Assembly: GCF_009914755.1 (NCBI RefSeq)
Contig: NC_060938.1
Length of the DNA stretch: 64,000 nt
Strand: one strand, 5' to 3'
Origin: the human T2T-CHM13v2.0 reference genome, Homo sapiens
In this document: one piece after another, positions 1 through 14,122 of the stretch
How the letters are laid out: the number at the start of each line of letters is the position of its first letter
Position numbering within the stretch: position 1 is the stretch's first letter
The notes under the pieces: model-generated
What the model was told of the DNA's origin: nothing
Seen by the model: the letters and a program-made list of their open reading frames with translations, nothing else
The model's database searches: none
Translations under genes and position numbers: made by a program

Positions 1-98
1 TGGTTACATGGGTTCCATGATACTTACATTAGTACCAAGGGCTGTTTCTCGAAAAGATCTAAAAAAGAATAGAGATTTCTTCAAAAATTTGATATACA

Positions 99-467
<369 letters not shown>

Positions 468-544
468 CTACAAAGTCCCATATGAAAGAATCAAATGGCC
501 AAATTTAAAGCAGAGGAACTTGCCCTGGATTTTAAGAATGTGGA

Positions 545-839
545 TTTTTTTTTTTTTTTTGAGATGGAGTCTCACTTTGTCACCCAGGCTGGAATGCAGT
601 GGCACAGTCTTGGCTCACTGCAACCTCTGCCTCCCAGGTTGACACAATTATCTGCCTCAGCCTCTCAAGTAGCTGGGATTAGAGGTGCCTGCCACCACAC
701 CTGGCTAATTTTTGTCTTTTTAGAAGAGATGGGGTTTCACCATTTTGTCCATGCTGGTCTTGAACTTCTGACCTCATGATCCACCCGCCTCTGCGTCCCA
801 AAGTGCTGGGATTACAGGCATGAGCCACCGAGCCCGGCG
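545..839 (-). mobile_element. Full-length Alu SINE (AluSg-like)
   Basis: Poly-T followed by GAGATGGAGTCTCAC ... CCCAAAGTGCTGGGATTACAGGCATGAGCCACCG. GAACTTCTGACCTCATGATCC shows the 2-bp-shorter Sg-type motif. Confidence 0.95.
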
Positions 840-2156
840 GAATTTTTCTAAAAATGACTTTCTTAACTCACAATATATAAGTCCCTTAACCTCATAGGTA
901 AGTCTTATTTTCCAGATATAAATGAAATTTCAATGTTGAAAAACAAAGGAGCATGACATATGCCAAGTCTACAAGAATAGCTATCGAATTCATTCAAGAT
1001 GAAATTTAGAGCAGAATATTATATAATTATTTTAAATAAAAGTAAAGGATATGACTTAGGGTGGTGGTCCATGGTACTTGATGAGTTGAGAGGTATTATT
1101 AACACTCTTCAACTGTGATCGATTTTTCAGTAGGTTAATGACCAGTTTGAAGTATTTGAAGAATTAATTTCTCTTTGTAGTCTACAAGGAAAAAATTCAA
1201 GTGAAAATATTCTCACTTGAATTTTTTCAAATATGTCAAGTTAAAACTGATTTCGTACATCCAGAAATGGAATCTGCTAAGATGGTTTACAAATATTGGT
1301 GGTAAAAATGTATGTGCATCAAAAAGTACGTAATTGGAAAAATTTATAGTATGTGAAAATGCAAGGTATATAAAATCTTTTGTTATTCCCTATTACCAGC
1401 ATCTAGTTGAAGAAAATGTTTGAATCTATCATGTGAACTTCATTTATCCTTGTCTATGTAACCATTGTTAATTCTATAAATATTTTTATGGAAAATTGAA
1501 GAATCCTAACCTACCTGCATAATAATTAGGTCGTTTAGCAGTGGTAACATTTTATACTAATTATTTGGACAGATCGACGTGATTGAAATTTTTCTAAAGA
1601 AGAATCACCCCAATCACTTCATTGAAACGCTTTGAAATTAGCTTTTATTGTAAACATTTGTAGATATTTATCAAAACTAATTCAAAAATTACAAAGCAGA
1701 ATAGTGCTTACATGGAAAGTGTTGACTACTATAATGTAATTTCAACAACTAAACAATAAATCATTTAGCAAAATGCCAATCTGCTGTACATTCTCTCTGT
1801 GCTTTCATAACTTATAACAAAAAGGTTGTTCTTCATTCCCATGCAAATTTGCAGTAAAATGTATTTTCTCTGAGTTCAAACTACAGTTTCAGGACTGGTA
1901 TTTGAAAATTGATGTAGCTATTAAAGAAAATTTAATATTTCAAAATGAATGTAATTATACAATTGAGAAACTCCTACCTAACCTTTAACTGGAAGTGACA
2001 ACTGCAATATAATAATATAATGATAAGCTAAAAGGCAAATATCAAGAGAAGAATCTAGTAGAATACCTTCCAAATGTTTTATGTGCTCAATTATAATAAT
2101 ATGCTTATGAACTGATATCAATATTTGGCAGTATCTCTGTGTTAAAAACAATATCA

Positions 2157-2450
2157 GGCCGGGCACAGTGGCTCATTCCTGTAATCCTAGCACTTTGGGA
2201 GGCCAAGGTAGGTGGATCACCTGAGGTCAGGAGTTTGAGACCAGCCTGGCCAGCATGGTGTAGACCCGTCTCTACTACAAATACAAAAATTACCTGGGTG
2301 TAGTTGTGCATGCCTGTAATCTCAGCTGCTCTGGAAGCTGAGGCAGGAGAATTACTGGAACCCGGGAGGTGGAGGCTGTAGTGAGTCGAAATTACACCAC
2401 GGTATTCCAGCCTGGGCAACAGAGTGAGACTCCATGTCAAAAAAAAAAAA
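2157..2450 (+). mobile_element. Full-length Alu SINE (AluSx-like)
   Basis: GGCCGGGCACAGTGGCTCA ... GATCACCTGAGGTCAGGAGTTTGAGACCAGCCTGGCC ... poly-A tail; both flanks end in ATCA. Confidence 0.95.
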
Positions 2451-2899
2451 TCAAAGATAAAATATGTAAAATTTCATTATAGATGAGTATTAACAGATGA
2501 GCATTTGCAATCAATTTTGATGATAGGTAAAATAAACCCTGAATCTCAATTAAGCAAAATGCTATTTCCCAGTAAAGAATTCAGTTGTTTTTATCAGTAG
2601 ATTCATATTATAAGTCTAATTATTATTATGTTTTTATTCTGGTCAACAAAAATATGGAAATGTGTCTTCTTGTTTGATATATAAGCAGACATATGATATC
2701 CTCAATTTTGCCTTTTGGCCAATGAAGCCTAAAACTTTTACTATCTGATATTTTACCAAAATAGTTGGCACCCTGCTTTGTCATTGACTGTTTGTCATAA
2801 ATTATCAACTCGAGTGTTCTTGAGTAGAAAAGTTTTACCTATCTTCTACTTAGGTACAAGGCAGTGAGGCTCTGTAGAGTGCTTAACACCTTCGCTGAT

Positions 2900-3372
2900 A
2901 ACTTATACACTATCATTTCCACATTGCTCTTTGATCTTCCCTTTAAACATTCTTGTCATTCATCCTTGCCTTAGAGCCTCTGCCCTAGATAATCTTTCTG
3001 TCTAAATCCTGTCTTCTAACATCTGTCTCTTTCTCACCATTTAAATCTCATAAATAACATTAGCTCTTCAGAAAGACCTTCTCTAAGCACTATATACAAT
3101 GCTGCCCATCCCACCAGACCCCGTAAGTAATAGCTCTATATTTAAATTTTCTTCAAAATATGTAACACTATATTAATAAATGTATTCATTTATTTGTGTA
3201 TTTATTAAAAGTTGGTCTCCCAGTTTTCTCTATGATAGTATTTTATAAGAAAACAATGATTTTTTTTCCCAATTAATGAATGAATTAAGTAGATTATACT
3301 TTGTGACTGTAGGAACTATGACATAATCTTAACACAGTGGTTAATACATATTTACTAATGCAATATGAATGA
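2900..3372 (+). mobile_element. Ancient L2 LINE 3' fragment
   Basis: L2-like motifs CCTTGCCTTAGAGCCTCTGC and CTCTTCAGAAAGACCTTCTCT, ending AATACATATTTACTAATGCAATATGAATGA. Highly diverged; boundaries approximate. Confidence 0.55.
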
Positions 3373-4127
3373 TTAGATTCTACTTGTTGCTAAAAATTTC
3401 TAGTCAGAAATAAAGGAACTAACTTCTGTACTCATAAATTAATAAAAAGTCTCTTTGAATTGACTCATAGTTTTCATTTATCATGCAGTCTTCTAATTTT
3501 CCTTCTCATTTTGTTTTCTATTCTGACTTAATTCATTTTTTTAATCAATCCTGCTCAACAAATCATATATGTGATAGGAAGATAACAGGTTCTCACAGGT
3601 CCTGAGAATAACCTTGTACAAAAATAGATTTTTGATTTAAATTGCCTATTACCATAGAGTCAAAATATGCTTTTGTAAATCTATAATCTGACAGTTGTGA
3701 TTCTGCTCTATTTGAACTTAACTAGTTCAAGTAACACTATAACTGGTATTTTGCTTTTAATTTAGCTACCTCAGACTTGTCCTTATTTTTAATAACTATT
3801 TATCTAACCTGCCAAGACCATGACTAATGACCCCAGGGTATACTGTGATTGAATGTGAAATTTCTGCAGTGAGAAGAATCCCCCTAGGCAATGTTAAGAA
3901 AGACACCAGAAACCTCTGACCCTTCAATTTAAGTCTAGTTGGTTTCCCATTAATCCAGAAGTCCTAAAATGAAGAAGAAATGTGCCACCTTTATACATGC
4001 AGACGCATACACAGGATATGCCAATAAATGGAGCCTCTAGTATTGCGCATCAGATACAAAATAACTAGGGGGAAAAAAAAGCAAAGCACATGCTGCTTTT
4101 TAAAATAAAATGTTTTACAATATGTAG

Positions 4128-4424
<297 letters not shown>

Positions 4425-4596
4425 TGTAGAATTATATTTTCAAAGGTGCATGGGTATATGTCAACTCAATTAAAGAATAGAAAAATTATTTTCATTAACT
4501 ATACACCTTTTAAAATCTGGTTTCCTCATTGATTTTTAAAGTAAAATATATTTGTACAAATGCCTTTTTGTATGCTTTTTCTTTTTGGTTCCCCAA

Positions 4597-4695
4597 ATAT
4601 ATATACATTTTAGCTTTTTTATAATATATATATTATAAAATATATATATGTTATATATATTTTATATATAGCTATAAATAATGAATTTATATACA
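4597..4695. repeat. AT-rich (TA)n low-complexity tract
   Basis: Runs of TATATA, including the 24-bp palindrome TTTTATAATATATATATTATAAAA at 4617-4640. Confidence 0.8.
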
Positions 4696-4698
4696 TTC

Positions 4699-4810
4699 AG
4701 CTTTATTGAGGTAGAACTGAAAAATAAAACTTGTACATATTTAAGGCTGAAAATGTGAGGATTTATGTAGGTATACATTGTGAAGTGATTATCACAAGCT
4801 AAGTAGCATA
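4699..4810 (-). mobile_element. L1M (L1MA/MB-type) 3'-terminal fragment
   Basis: CAGCTTTATTGAGGTAGAACTGA ... ATACATTGTGAAGTGATTATCACAAGCTAA matches the reverse complement of old L1 3' ends. Confidence 0.7.
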
Positions 4811-5317
4811 GATAGATATAGATATAGATCTTAGAATATTTTTAAAATAGAATATTGGTATTTTCAAATGTCGATTTAGAGTATTAACTGGTGTTAGGCA
4901 TTTCTGTTTTATTGTTTGTAAAATATTGGTCCCCTCCACAAAATTAAATCAGCTGAGACAAAACATGTAAAATTAAAATGAATTTGTGTTAGATAGAATT
5001 TTTTGCATAATTGTATTTGAGACAAAACTTACACAATGTCTAACTGCATTATAAGTGAAATTAATATGTTAATGATATAATATTGGCATGATGAAATGCA
5101 CACAATCTGTGCTAATAGTCTTTTTTATATTTTGTTACATAAAATAAAATTATTAAGTAGTATCAACATTTGATTCTGATATTATATATTAGATAAAACA
5201 GACACTCAGGAAAATGACATGTTTCAAGTTATATTTAAAATTAAATTTTATATATGGTTCTCTTAGAAGTTTTAGGAGATGCAGTACAGTTTATGAATTT
5301 TTGATTATAAAATTAAA

Positions 5318-5505
5318 TTCAGACAGCTTGGGATCAAAACTCGTGAGGTGCTAATTTATGATTTTAGGCAAATTACTTAACATTTTGTGCCACAGTTTCC
5401 TTATTTTGAAAATAACAATAATATTTATATTGTCTTTAGTAATATTGTGAAGAATAAATGAGTTAATTAATGTATAATACGTAATAAGTACTATAAAATT
5501 GTCAG
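5318..5505 (+). mobile_element. MIR SINE fragment
   Basis: MIR core GGCAAATTACTTAACATTTTGTGCCACAGTTTCCTTATTTTGAAAAT and downstream TTGTGAAGAATAAATGAGTTAAT. Confidence 0.7.
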
Positions 5506-5764
5506 GATTTTTTTTTTAGGTATTATCAGTTTAATTCAGTCATTGACAATCTTTCCTAATTCAAGGTGCTAAGATTCATACACATTAAAAAGCAATGTAA
5601 TTATCAAACGATGTCTTCTAACTTGATTAAAAAATTTTGGCTTTATTCTCCTGTGAGAAATAAATGCTGTAAACAAATGACAAACTTAGATGGTGGTTGG
5701 AATTACTATCAGCTCTGACAATGAGGCACAGAGCCACCTACACTGAGGAAAGCTGTCTAGATAT

Positions 5765-6242
5765 AAAACAGATTCAAACTAATAAAATGTAGAACCACTA
5801 CAGACAATTTCTTAAAATAAATTATGAAGATACTCTTAATGACATCCCCCCATTAAAGATTATAATTAGTGAGAATGAAAAATACTAAGGTCCTTGTATA
5901 CATGTATCAAAATATTGTTATGTACCCCATAAATGTGTGTAATTATTGCATGTCAACTAAAACTATAATTAAAAAGCAGAAATACAAAAAAATTTCCATA
6001 GAAAACTCAATAATGTTATACTGTCTTCAGGGTTTTATCTAGAAAAAATCCTTTTTACTATCTATATGTGTATCAAAATCGTTATTTACATCATATATAT
6101 ATACACAATAATATTTTTAAAACAAAGATTCATGCTAATAAAATGTAGAACTACCACAGAAAATTTCTTAAATTATAAAGATTATTTTGACTATGTCCTT
6201 TCCAACAAGGACTATGCTTAGTGAGAATAAAAAATACTGAGG
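5765..6242 (+). repeat. Diverged ~125-bp direct duplication (5765-5890 and 6119-6242)
   Basis: Both copies share CTAATAAAATGTAGAAC...ACAGA.AATTTCTTAAA and TTAGTGAGAAT.AAAAATACT.AGG. Confidence 0.85.
5892..5992 (+). mobile_element. L1MA-type 3'-end fragment
   Basis: TTGTATACATGTATCAAAATATTGTTATGTACCCCATAAATGTGTGTAATTATTGCATGTCAACTAAAA followed by an A-rich tail. Confidence 0.75.
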
Positions 6243-6451
6243 ACAATTATATTTTTCTTCTCTATATCCTGGCATATCCCCGCTGTTACTGAAGGCTGAA
6301 GTTAATAGGTTGGGGTCATCACCATTGCGATTCAGTTATTAGTTTCATATCCCATAGAGTTATTAAAAAGTGTGTCATGTGGGAAAAAAATCAACAAAGA
6401 CTATCTACAAACGTTGAGAGTCTAAAAGTTGTCATCTTGAGAAGTCAGTGC

Positions 6452-7140
6452 TGTGAAAAAACAAATAAAATATTTATAGCATGTGGTTCTCAGTCAACTA
6501 CAAACCACAAGATGATAAAGTCATGCTGTTTTGCTAGGCTGGCAGTGTTGATCTGCCTTTAGGGATGAGCTGATGCTGATGTATATAGTAGTCATGACCA
6601 AGAGGATGTTAGTATTTATTCCCCTCAGCTTCAAAAACTTTATACAGGCTTGTTCCTGCTCTAGGCCACTGACCTTCCTTTTTGTATACCATTTGATTTA
6701 GAACTCTTGAAACTGTAAATTCGTTCTCTGTCCCTTTGAGATGTAAATATTTTTGCAGTCTCTTAACAGTTTAACAACCCAGGGGTATTTTTCTCAAGGA
6801 CCTGAGCCCCATCCCTTTCAAATGTAATCATCAAGTTGAGTACCCCTATCTACCAGTTTCTATGGGAGGGTAAAACCTACATTAGTACTGGTGTCTTGAG
6901 CCAAGTTGTGAAACTACTTCCTGTCATAAAAATATTAAAATGTCCATTTTTCCTTTCAGTAAAGCCAATTAGCAAACACATGTGGCCTATGATTCTCTTA
7001 CCTTACATCTTAAAAATGCTTCAGTTCTTTGTGTAGAGTAGAGCCCAGATTGAATGCTGGCCTCTCTCCACAATTGCAATACCCTTGGATAAAGTATTCT
7101 CTGCTGTTTAACTTTGTCTAGTGAAATATTTGCCTTGACA
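6452..7140 (+). mobile_element. Solo ERV1-class LTR (MER34/MER39-like)
   Basis: TG...CA termini (TGTGAAAAA ... CCTTGACA). Characteristic TTCTCTGTCCCTTTGAGATGTAAAT and TTCTCAAGGACCTG...CCATCCCTTTCAAATGTAATCATCAAG. Near-matching 4-bp flanks GTGC/CTGC. Confidence 0.7.
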
Positions 7141-7899
7141 CTGCTCATTTGGGATAAAAGTTCACATTCAAAAAAAGACCTAATTCAAAATTTGGCCTTT
7201 TAGTAACTAGAAATGTGCCTCTGTTTATAGATGTTCTATTAAGCCTCAAATTTAGGCTCATCAATACCCTCCTAAAATGGTATTCTATTCCTTTGTCTCC
7301 TTTTGCAACCTATCTTGACATAAAATTTAGAACAGTCTAGAGTAACTAGACATTTAGAGCTAGTGTTATCAGAATCTATGTTTCATAAAAAAAGCAATAA
7401 ATTCTGAAAGTAACTTCTCTGCCCAGCAATATCACCAAGGGGTCACAATTCTAGAAAACATTTACAAACATGCATTTAGGATGATAACCCTTTAGTTTTA
7501 GCCTTGTGTTTTCAAATCTCTATGCAAATGGCATAAGACTTTTTTGTAATCAGATATTAGTCCCATATACAGCCAATATGATACAGTGAAACCATGAAAT
7601 TAAGGCATACAATAAATGTAACTGCTTTTATTCTCCATTGTAAAACATGGGTTCTGTCTCTGGATCATATATGTATGTGCTTTTCTCTTTTTCACCAATT
7701 TCAAATTTAACCTTGTTAGTTAAGGTGTCTCTCCTTTCTACAAAATTATTTTGTGTTAATTCTACGTGGGGGCAGAATGTGGTGTGGTGTTTGACTTTTA
7801 TGGTGCTCTGGAAACACCTGACAACATTCTTCTCTTTCTGATGTTTTTCATATCTTCACATTGATCGAGATGGTCCTAGTGATTAGGAACAGTGAAATC

Positions 7900-9260
7900 A
7901 GTCAGTCATTTATTTGTTCAACAAATATTTGTTTATTTATTCAACAAATGCTTATTAAACACCATGTCTTGCTTGGGATGGCAAAATAAACAATATTTCC
8001 CTAACCTCATAGTACATACCTTTTCACATTGAAAGAGAAACCACTGAAATTTTGAAAGTATGTGTCATGTTTTTTGTGAGGAACAAAAAACTGGAACAGA
8101 TAATTAGGAGTGTTAAGGGCTTCAATTTTAAATAGGGTGGTAAGGAAATACCTTCATAAAAATGCTGCTGACTAAAAAATGGAATGTGTTGAGAGAATGA
8201 GCCATATTCATATTGTGAGGAAGAGCATTTTAATTCAGCAACACAATAGGTAGAACACAACAGAATAATCACAAGTTGACTATTAGCTTCAAAGAACTAG
8301 GTCTGTGAATGAATGAGAAACAAAAAATGTGATGACATAAATAATGAGGATGTGGTGAGAGTGCATCTCATAGGCCTGGTAAGCCAGTGTGATGATCTTG
8401 AATTTCACTGTGGATGAGTTGGGAAGTCATCAGGAAGTGTTGGACATAGTAGTAACACGATGTAACATAATTTGAAGGACACTTTAGCCCTTGAATTGAG
8501 AGTATGTTCTTGGAGTCAAGTGTGATAAAAAAAATCAATTAGGAGAAACTTAGTATAATTCAGGAAAGGAACAATACAGAGTTTATCATGATGAAAACAG
8601 CAGAGATAGAGAGAACTGGTCGAATTTCAGATATGTTGTTAGAACCCACTTTTTTTTGAGGAATTAGGAATTAAATTGTAATGTGAGAAGATGTTAAACA
8701 CTATGGATGACTCAAAGAGTTTGGCCTAAGTAACAGAATGGATGTGTCACTAACTGAAATGAGAAAGAGTATAAGAAGCACACATTTTAGGGGTGAATAG
8801 AAGATCATATTGGCATTTTGTATGCCTAGTAGGCATCTGAGAAGTGACATTGAATAGGCACCTGTGCCTGAGAGTCTGTAACTCAAAGGAGATTGCAAAG
8901 CTCAATTTATAAATTTGGGAGTTCTAAGTGTACAGATTTTCCTCAAAAGTATATATAAAAAAAGAAACATGTAGCAACATCACTAAAGTGACTATAAATA
9001 GAAGAGTTTGAAATTTGGGACACTTTTTAAGATGTTACAGAGAGGAGTAGAATTAGAAATAAAGTAGAAGGAAAATCTGAAGGTAGAAACATGAAGATAA
9101 TTGGAGACCAGGACAAGAGCAGTTTCTCTGGGGTAGTAGCAGCAAAAAAATGGTGGGAGTGGATTCAGTGAAGTCATATATGAAAAATTAGATGCAAATA
9201 AACTTTATGTTTTGCATAAATATTGCTGTAAATGAAAAAAGAGAAAAGGGTTGTGAGCAT
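7900..9260 (-). mobile_element. Ancient L2 LINE (3' portion)
   Basis: L2 3'-end signature TTTATTCAACAAATGCTTATTAAACACC plus internal L2-like motifs (ATAAATTTGGGAGTT, GACAAGAGCAGTTTC). Boundaries approximate. Confidence 0.7.
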
Positions 9261-9312
9261 TTTGTTTCTTTCCTAACGATATATGCTAATTTGGGGAATT
9301 TGAGCATTAAAC

Positions 9313-10026
9313 TGAGGTGGAAATTAGGGAAAGAAAGAAAAATAAAATTAAAAAGAGAAATAAATAAGCTTTCTGTATTAGACTGATCATCCCAAAGGCA
9401 GTGACAGGCAAAACCCAGACCCAGGCAAAAGTTCCAATAATGTTATCTAAGAAACCATGGCTCAAAGGAATGTGCTCTGGAGACTCTACCAGCACTCCCT
9501 CAACATAGGGAGAAAAAAAAACAAATTTTCCCTTCTCTTATGATGTGAGTAAACCTACGAGTTTATGGATTTCTATTCTCTGTAACTAGTACCTTCAAGT
9601 ATTCTGTTTTATCTAGGCAGCACAGTGAAGGTCATGAGAAGCCTGAGCAGGCCTGAACTACAGCCACCTGGGCACCATAACGAATGTTATGAGATAAGCC
9701 CGTGCAAGGCACTTGAGTAAAACCTAGGTAACAACCATCTGAGCTACATAGCAAGATGTCATATGTAATCCTGAGTTATGCACCTGTCACAATTTGATTA
9801 ACTTTGTTCTGCTTCGTTCTGCATGCTTGCTTTTCCACCACTACGCTTCATGCCACTGTAAGCTTGCTTCAAACTAATCAACCCCCTTTTTGAAGTGTTT
9901 ATAAAAGCCAAAACCTATCTTTTTTCTTGGCTCAGTTTTTGGATGTTAATCTTCTGGGCCTGACTGCACTTAATAAAAATCTCCTTTCTCACCCTGTGGT
10001 CTCTCCATTCCTTCATTCCTGCAACA
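9313..10026 (+). mobile_element. Solo ERV1-class LTR (probably LTR10 group), 714 bp, with 4-bp TSD
   Basis: TGAGGTGG ... CCTGCAACA termini, perfect TSD AAAC (9309-9312 and 10027-10030), TATA box TATAAAA at ~9900 and AATAAA at ~9972. Family name is from recall and is less certain than the LTR call. Confidence 0.85.
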
Positions 10027-12683
10027 AAACAAGATAGCCAAAACATATATGTGCTTTCCTGGAGTTTATAATGTAGGACATACAATAGCAAATAATGACA
10101 AATTATAAGTGAGAGACAGAAAATAATGATTAGTTCAAATTAGCTAATACATCAAACTGTGATAAATGTTTTTGCATTATTTACTGGTACAGCTAGCAAA
10201 CATTTTTTGAGAATATTTACAGCTGACAGATTAATATGTATTAAATTCTAAGAACATACATAACGTGTGGGTGTATTGGTGTGTATTTTCGTTATAATGA
10301 AAAGCAGTAGAAACACACAAATTAGCTCAGTGGTTAACTCTAAAAGGGCGGCAGGGGTATTGTCTCTATGATGAGCATAAAGGACCTTCAGTGGTATAAG
10401 TAATACTGCATTTATTGAATTACTGACAGGTTGATATTATCCATTTTACTAAGTATTATTGCTTGCATATATGCTGTTGTTATTTGTACTCACAAAAGAC
10501 TTATAATTTGTATTCTTAAAATTAAGGAGTAAAAGAATATTTTAAAAATTAATGATGAAATAAGAATTGTATAAGGAAGGTAGCCATGATTAACTGAATA
10601 GAAACACTGCCTGGGCTCTTATCTCACTAATATTTAGACTGGAAGTTGGACTACTACTGAAGGACACTCAATTATAGCTACCATAGCTAATCTTGCTCAC
10701 TTTTACATCCTTATTTTCTTTCCTGAAGCACAGTCTTTTATTCAAAACCTAAAAAAGGAAAAGTAGCTCTTTCATCATCATGCATTCTGCAAATATACCT
10801 TTATGAAGGCATAAATATGGGTTTGACCTAAATATTTTATTTAATAAAATATCTTATGAAGGAAAAAATATATTTCAAAAGACTTTGAACAGTGAACAAC
10901 CCACTTGGAGTTTGCTAGAGACAATAGCATGTAACTTTTAGAGCATGTAAACTCTAAAATGTATATAAAGGAAGAGATAAAGGATTTACATCAATAGAGG
11001 TAAACTATATTATTTAACATGAGATTTTAATTCATTAAAATGTAAACATTTTCAAACATATTAATGCATAAAACAAACTCAAATTCTTGAAAAATTGACA
11101 GGAGTTGCAAAAACTTTCTCCAGATTTCATATGATATATTTGAGTCCTAATATTAGGAAATGCAATTTTGCAATGAAAAAAATCTGAGTTTTTGAATTCT
11201 ATTGTATTTCCAAAACATATAAAGAAGCTGAAATAGTCAAAACCATAAAGAATTTTGAAATCTGGGTTCAAATATGACACTGGATATTTATATGTATATC
11301 TCAACTGCAAAGCCAGATCAGACATTAGCTCCAATTTAAGCAAAAATAAATTTCAGAAGTAAAATATACTTTGGACATGGCTTATTCAAATATCTGTATG
11401 TAAGGAAAGACAATTAGTCTCATAAACTTTCAGTTTAAGTAAGCTGGAGCACACTGTGCTTATTTAAATTTTGTAATAATACTTATTGTGTTTGATATCC
11501 ACAGTATATCTATCAGGATTTCTGTGGATCATATAATTCTTCAAAGAACAGTTAAATTTGAAGATGAATACCTGTGTCTAGCCACTATCACCTGGATATT
11601 TATGCCTTGTTTACTCTAACAATCTCAAGCTTCAAGGAAATATCCTAATGAGAGATCATGCTGTGACAATCTGCTAGCTAAGCCAGTCCATGGAGATCAA
11701 TTTCATTATTTTAAATGTATGTACCCCTGCCTATGAATTCATGATTTCCATTTTACTCCTGTCTAATCAAGCTTATGTATATACCCATGAAAAAGCACCC
11801 AGATGCCTCAAAATAATCTAATCCTGATTTCAGCTTTGCATTGTAAAACTTTTCCTTGGTTTTGCATTTGTAATTCAATTTGCTGATAAACACCTTGGAC
11901 ATCTTTTCTACGCCAAGGTTAGTAAAGCTTCTTTTAACAGTGTGCAGCACTGATAGCTTTCATCCATTCTCCTTTATTTGGTGCATTTAAAAATTTATGA
12001 GACGTTCATTTATGTCTCTCTACTACAAACAGATCAGCAAAGAAAAGGAAACATAGCATATATTCTAACCTAATTTTAGCCAAAAATTCCTCATAAATAC
12101 TATCAGCATGTTTTTTATTTTATCTTTAAAAAACTGTGATTTTAAAATAACTAACTTTCTGAGCATTTAGGATCTAGAGAAGAGTCAAAATATATATGAC
12201 AAATAATTAATTTTGCCCAACATCTAAACTAGTGGTACTCAATTTTTTTGGCAGAAACTCATACAAAGAAATGCAGTTTACATACCAATCTAGTTCACAC
12301 ATAAACATATCTACAATAACACTTCCCTAGAATATAGCAAAACTGGTTGTTTCATTTCGTGATAACGCTCTAACCAGTTAAAGCTGATAAGATGTCATGA
12401 ATTTGAGTGACCTGAATGAACATTTATTTATTACTACAAACTAAGGAGTCTTTCCTGGTGAATGGGCAGTGCAGACGTATAAACTCATTTCACTTAATTT
12501 GGTGTTCTAGTTTCGGCTCTTAATTAGCATAACTATTGTGAATTCCCTTTTTTTAATCACTTAGGGAACCCTGATCATACGCTGCAGAGACTTTGTAAAT
12601 TTCTTAACTGTTGAGTGTTCCCTTGCCTGGCAAGTTAATAGACTCAGCAGCTTTGTAATTATTATTACAGGTAGTGGTATGAT

Positions 12684-12727
12684 TAGTCGTAGTCATAGTC
12701 GTAGTCGTAGTCGTAGTCATAGTAGTA
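12684..12727 (+). repeat. (TAGTCR)n hexamer microsatellite
   Basis: TAGTCG TAGTCA TAGTCG TAGTCG TAGTCG TAGTCA TAGTAGTA. Confidence 0.9.
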
Positions 12728-12959
12728 CTTAGCCCTGGTCTTATTTTATCAGACATTTTAGGAGATCCACCAAAATTGCCTTGTCGGCCTCACTTAGTGG
12801 TGCTGGTGTTGCCAGCCTTAAGACAGAAAACAATTCTTACCTGTGCCTTTTGGTCCTCAGGTACAATTGCAGTGGTGACTAACTAAGATTTGATTCTTCT
12901 TGGAGACCCCCTTAAATTTGTTACATTTACCGGGACGGTTTGAGGAACTGTAGCTCTGA

Positions 12960-13274
<315 letters not shown>

Positions 13275-13809
13275 AATATGGTTTTGACCATCAGTCATCT
13301 GTCACTGAGCTTTCAGTCTTATTTTGTTTCTTATTTTTCGGTGATTGCTTGGGAAAAGAGAATCAGTTGCTCTCTTTTCTGGTGCTTTCCTGGTCTGTCT
13401 TTTAGCTGTCACGGATAACATTTCGGTCTGTTATGTGGTTAACATAGGAACTACAGTGTCAAACCGTTATTACCCTGTACCCTCACTCTCCTGTGGGGAC
13501 TTTTTAACTTGACAACAGTCGGCCTTTTAAGTTGCTTTTAAAGTCTGTCATTATATATGCAGAGTCCAGGAATATCTAGCCCAGGTCTACATAAAACTAA
13601 GTAGAAAAAAAACAATGAAGCTGATTACAAAGCCTCTTAAATTTCATGGTAACTCTAATGCTAATTGGTTTACTGTAACTTATAAATACATAATTTTAAA
13701 ATAGCACAAAGTTCACAAGGATTTTTTAAATTTAATTACTAATTCTTAAAATGTCTAGCTGGCTTCTTCTAAGAATAACTGCCTGGTTGTGTCTTTTATT
13801 ATGGAAACA

Positions 13810-13840
<31 letters not shown>

Positions 13841-14122
13841 AAAAAGGAAACTTTAGCTGCATTAAAGGTTAACACTTTGGTTACTTATCTCTTAGTTAGG
13901 AGATAATAAAAAAGGCAAGTCATTCAGTGACTAAAAATTGTTCTATAGTTGTAAAAAGGTATTAAATTTCTATAAATATAACTAATCAAAGTAAATCTTA
14001 AAAAAACGATTATTTTTCATGAAATAATTGTCACTTCAAATTTGCTGCGAATTGGATGAGGCTAAAGAAATATTGCAAAAAAAACTTTCTTACAATTTCT
14101 GGTATCTAATGTTATCTTGTTC

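Noticed and set aside
4617-4640. 24-bp perfect AT palindrome
   Set aside because: It lies within a (TA)n low-complexity tract where palindromes are expected.
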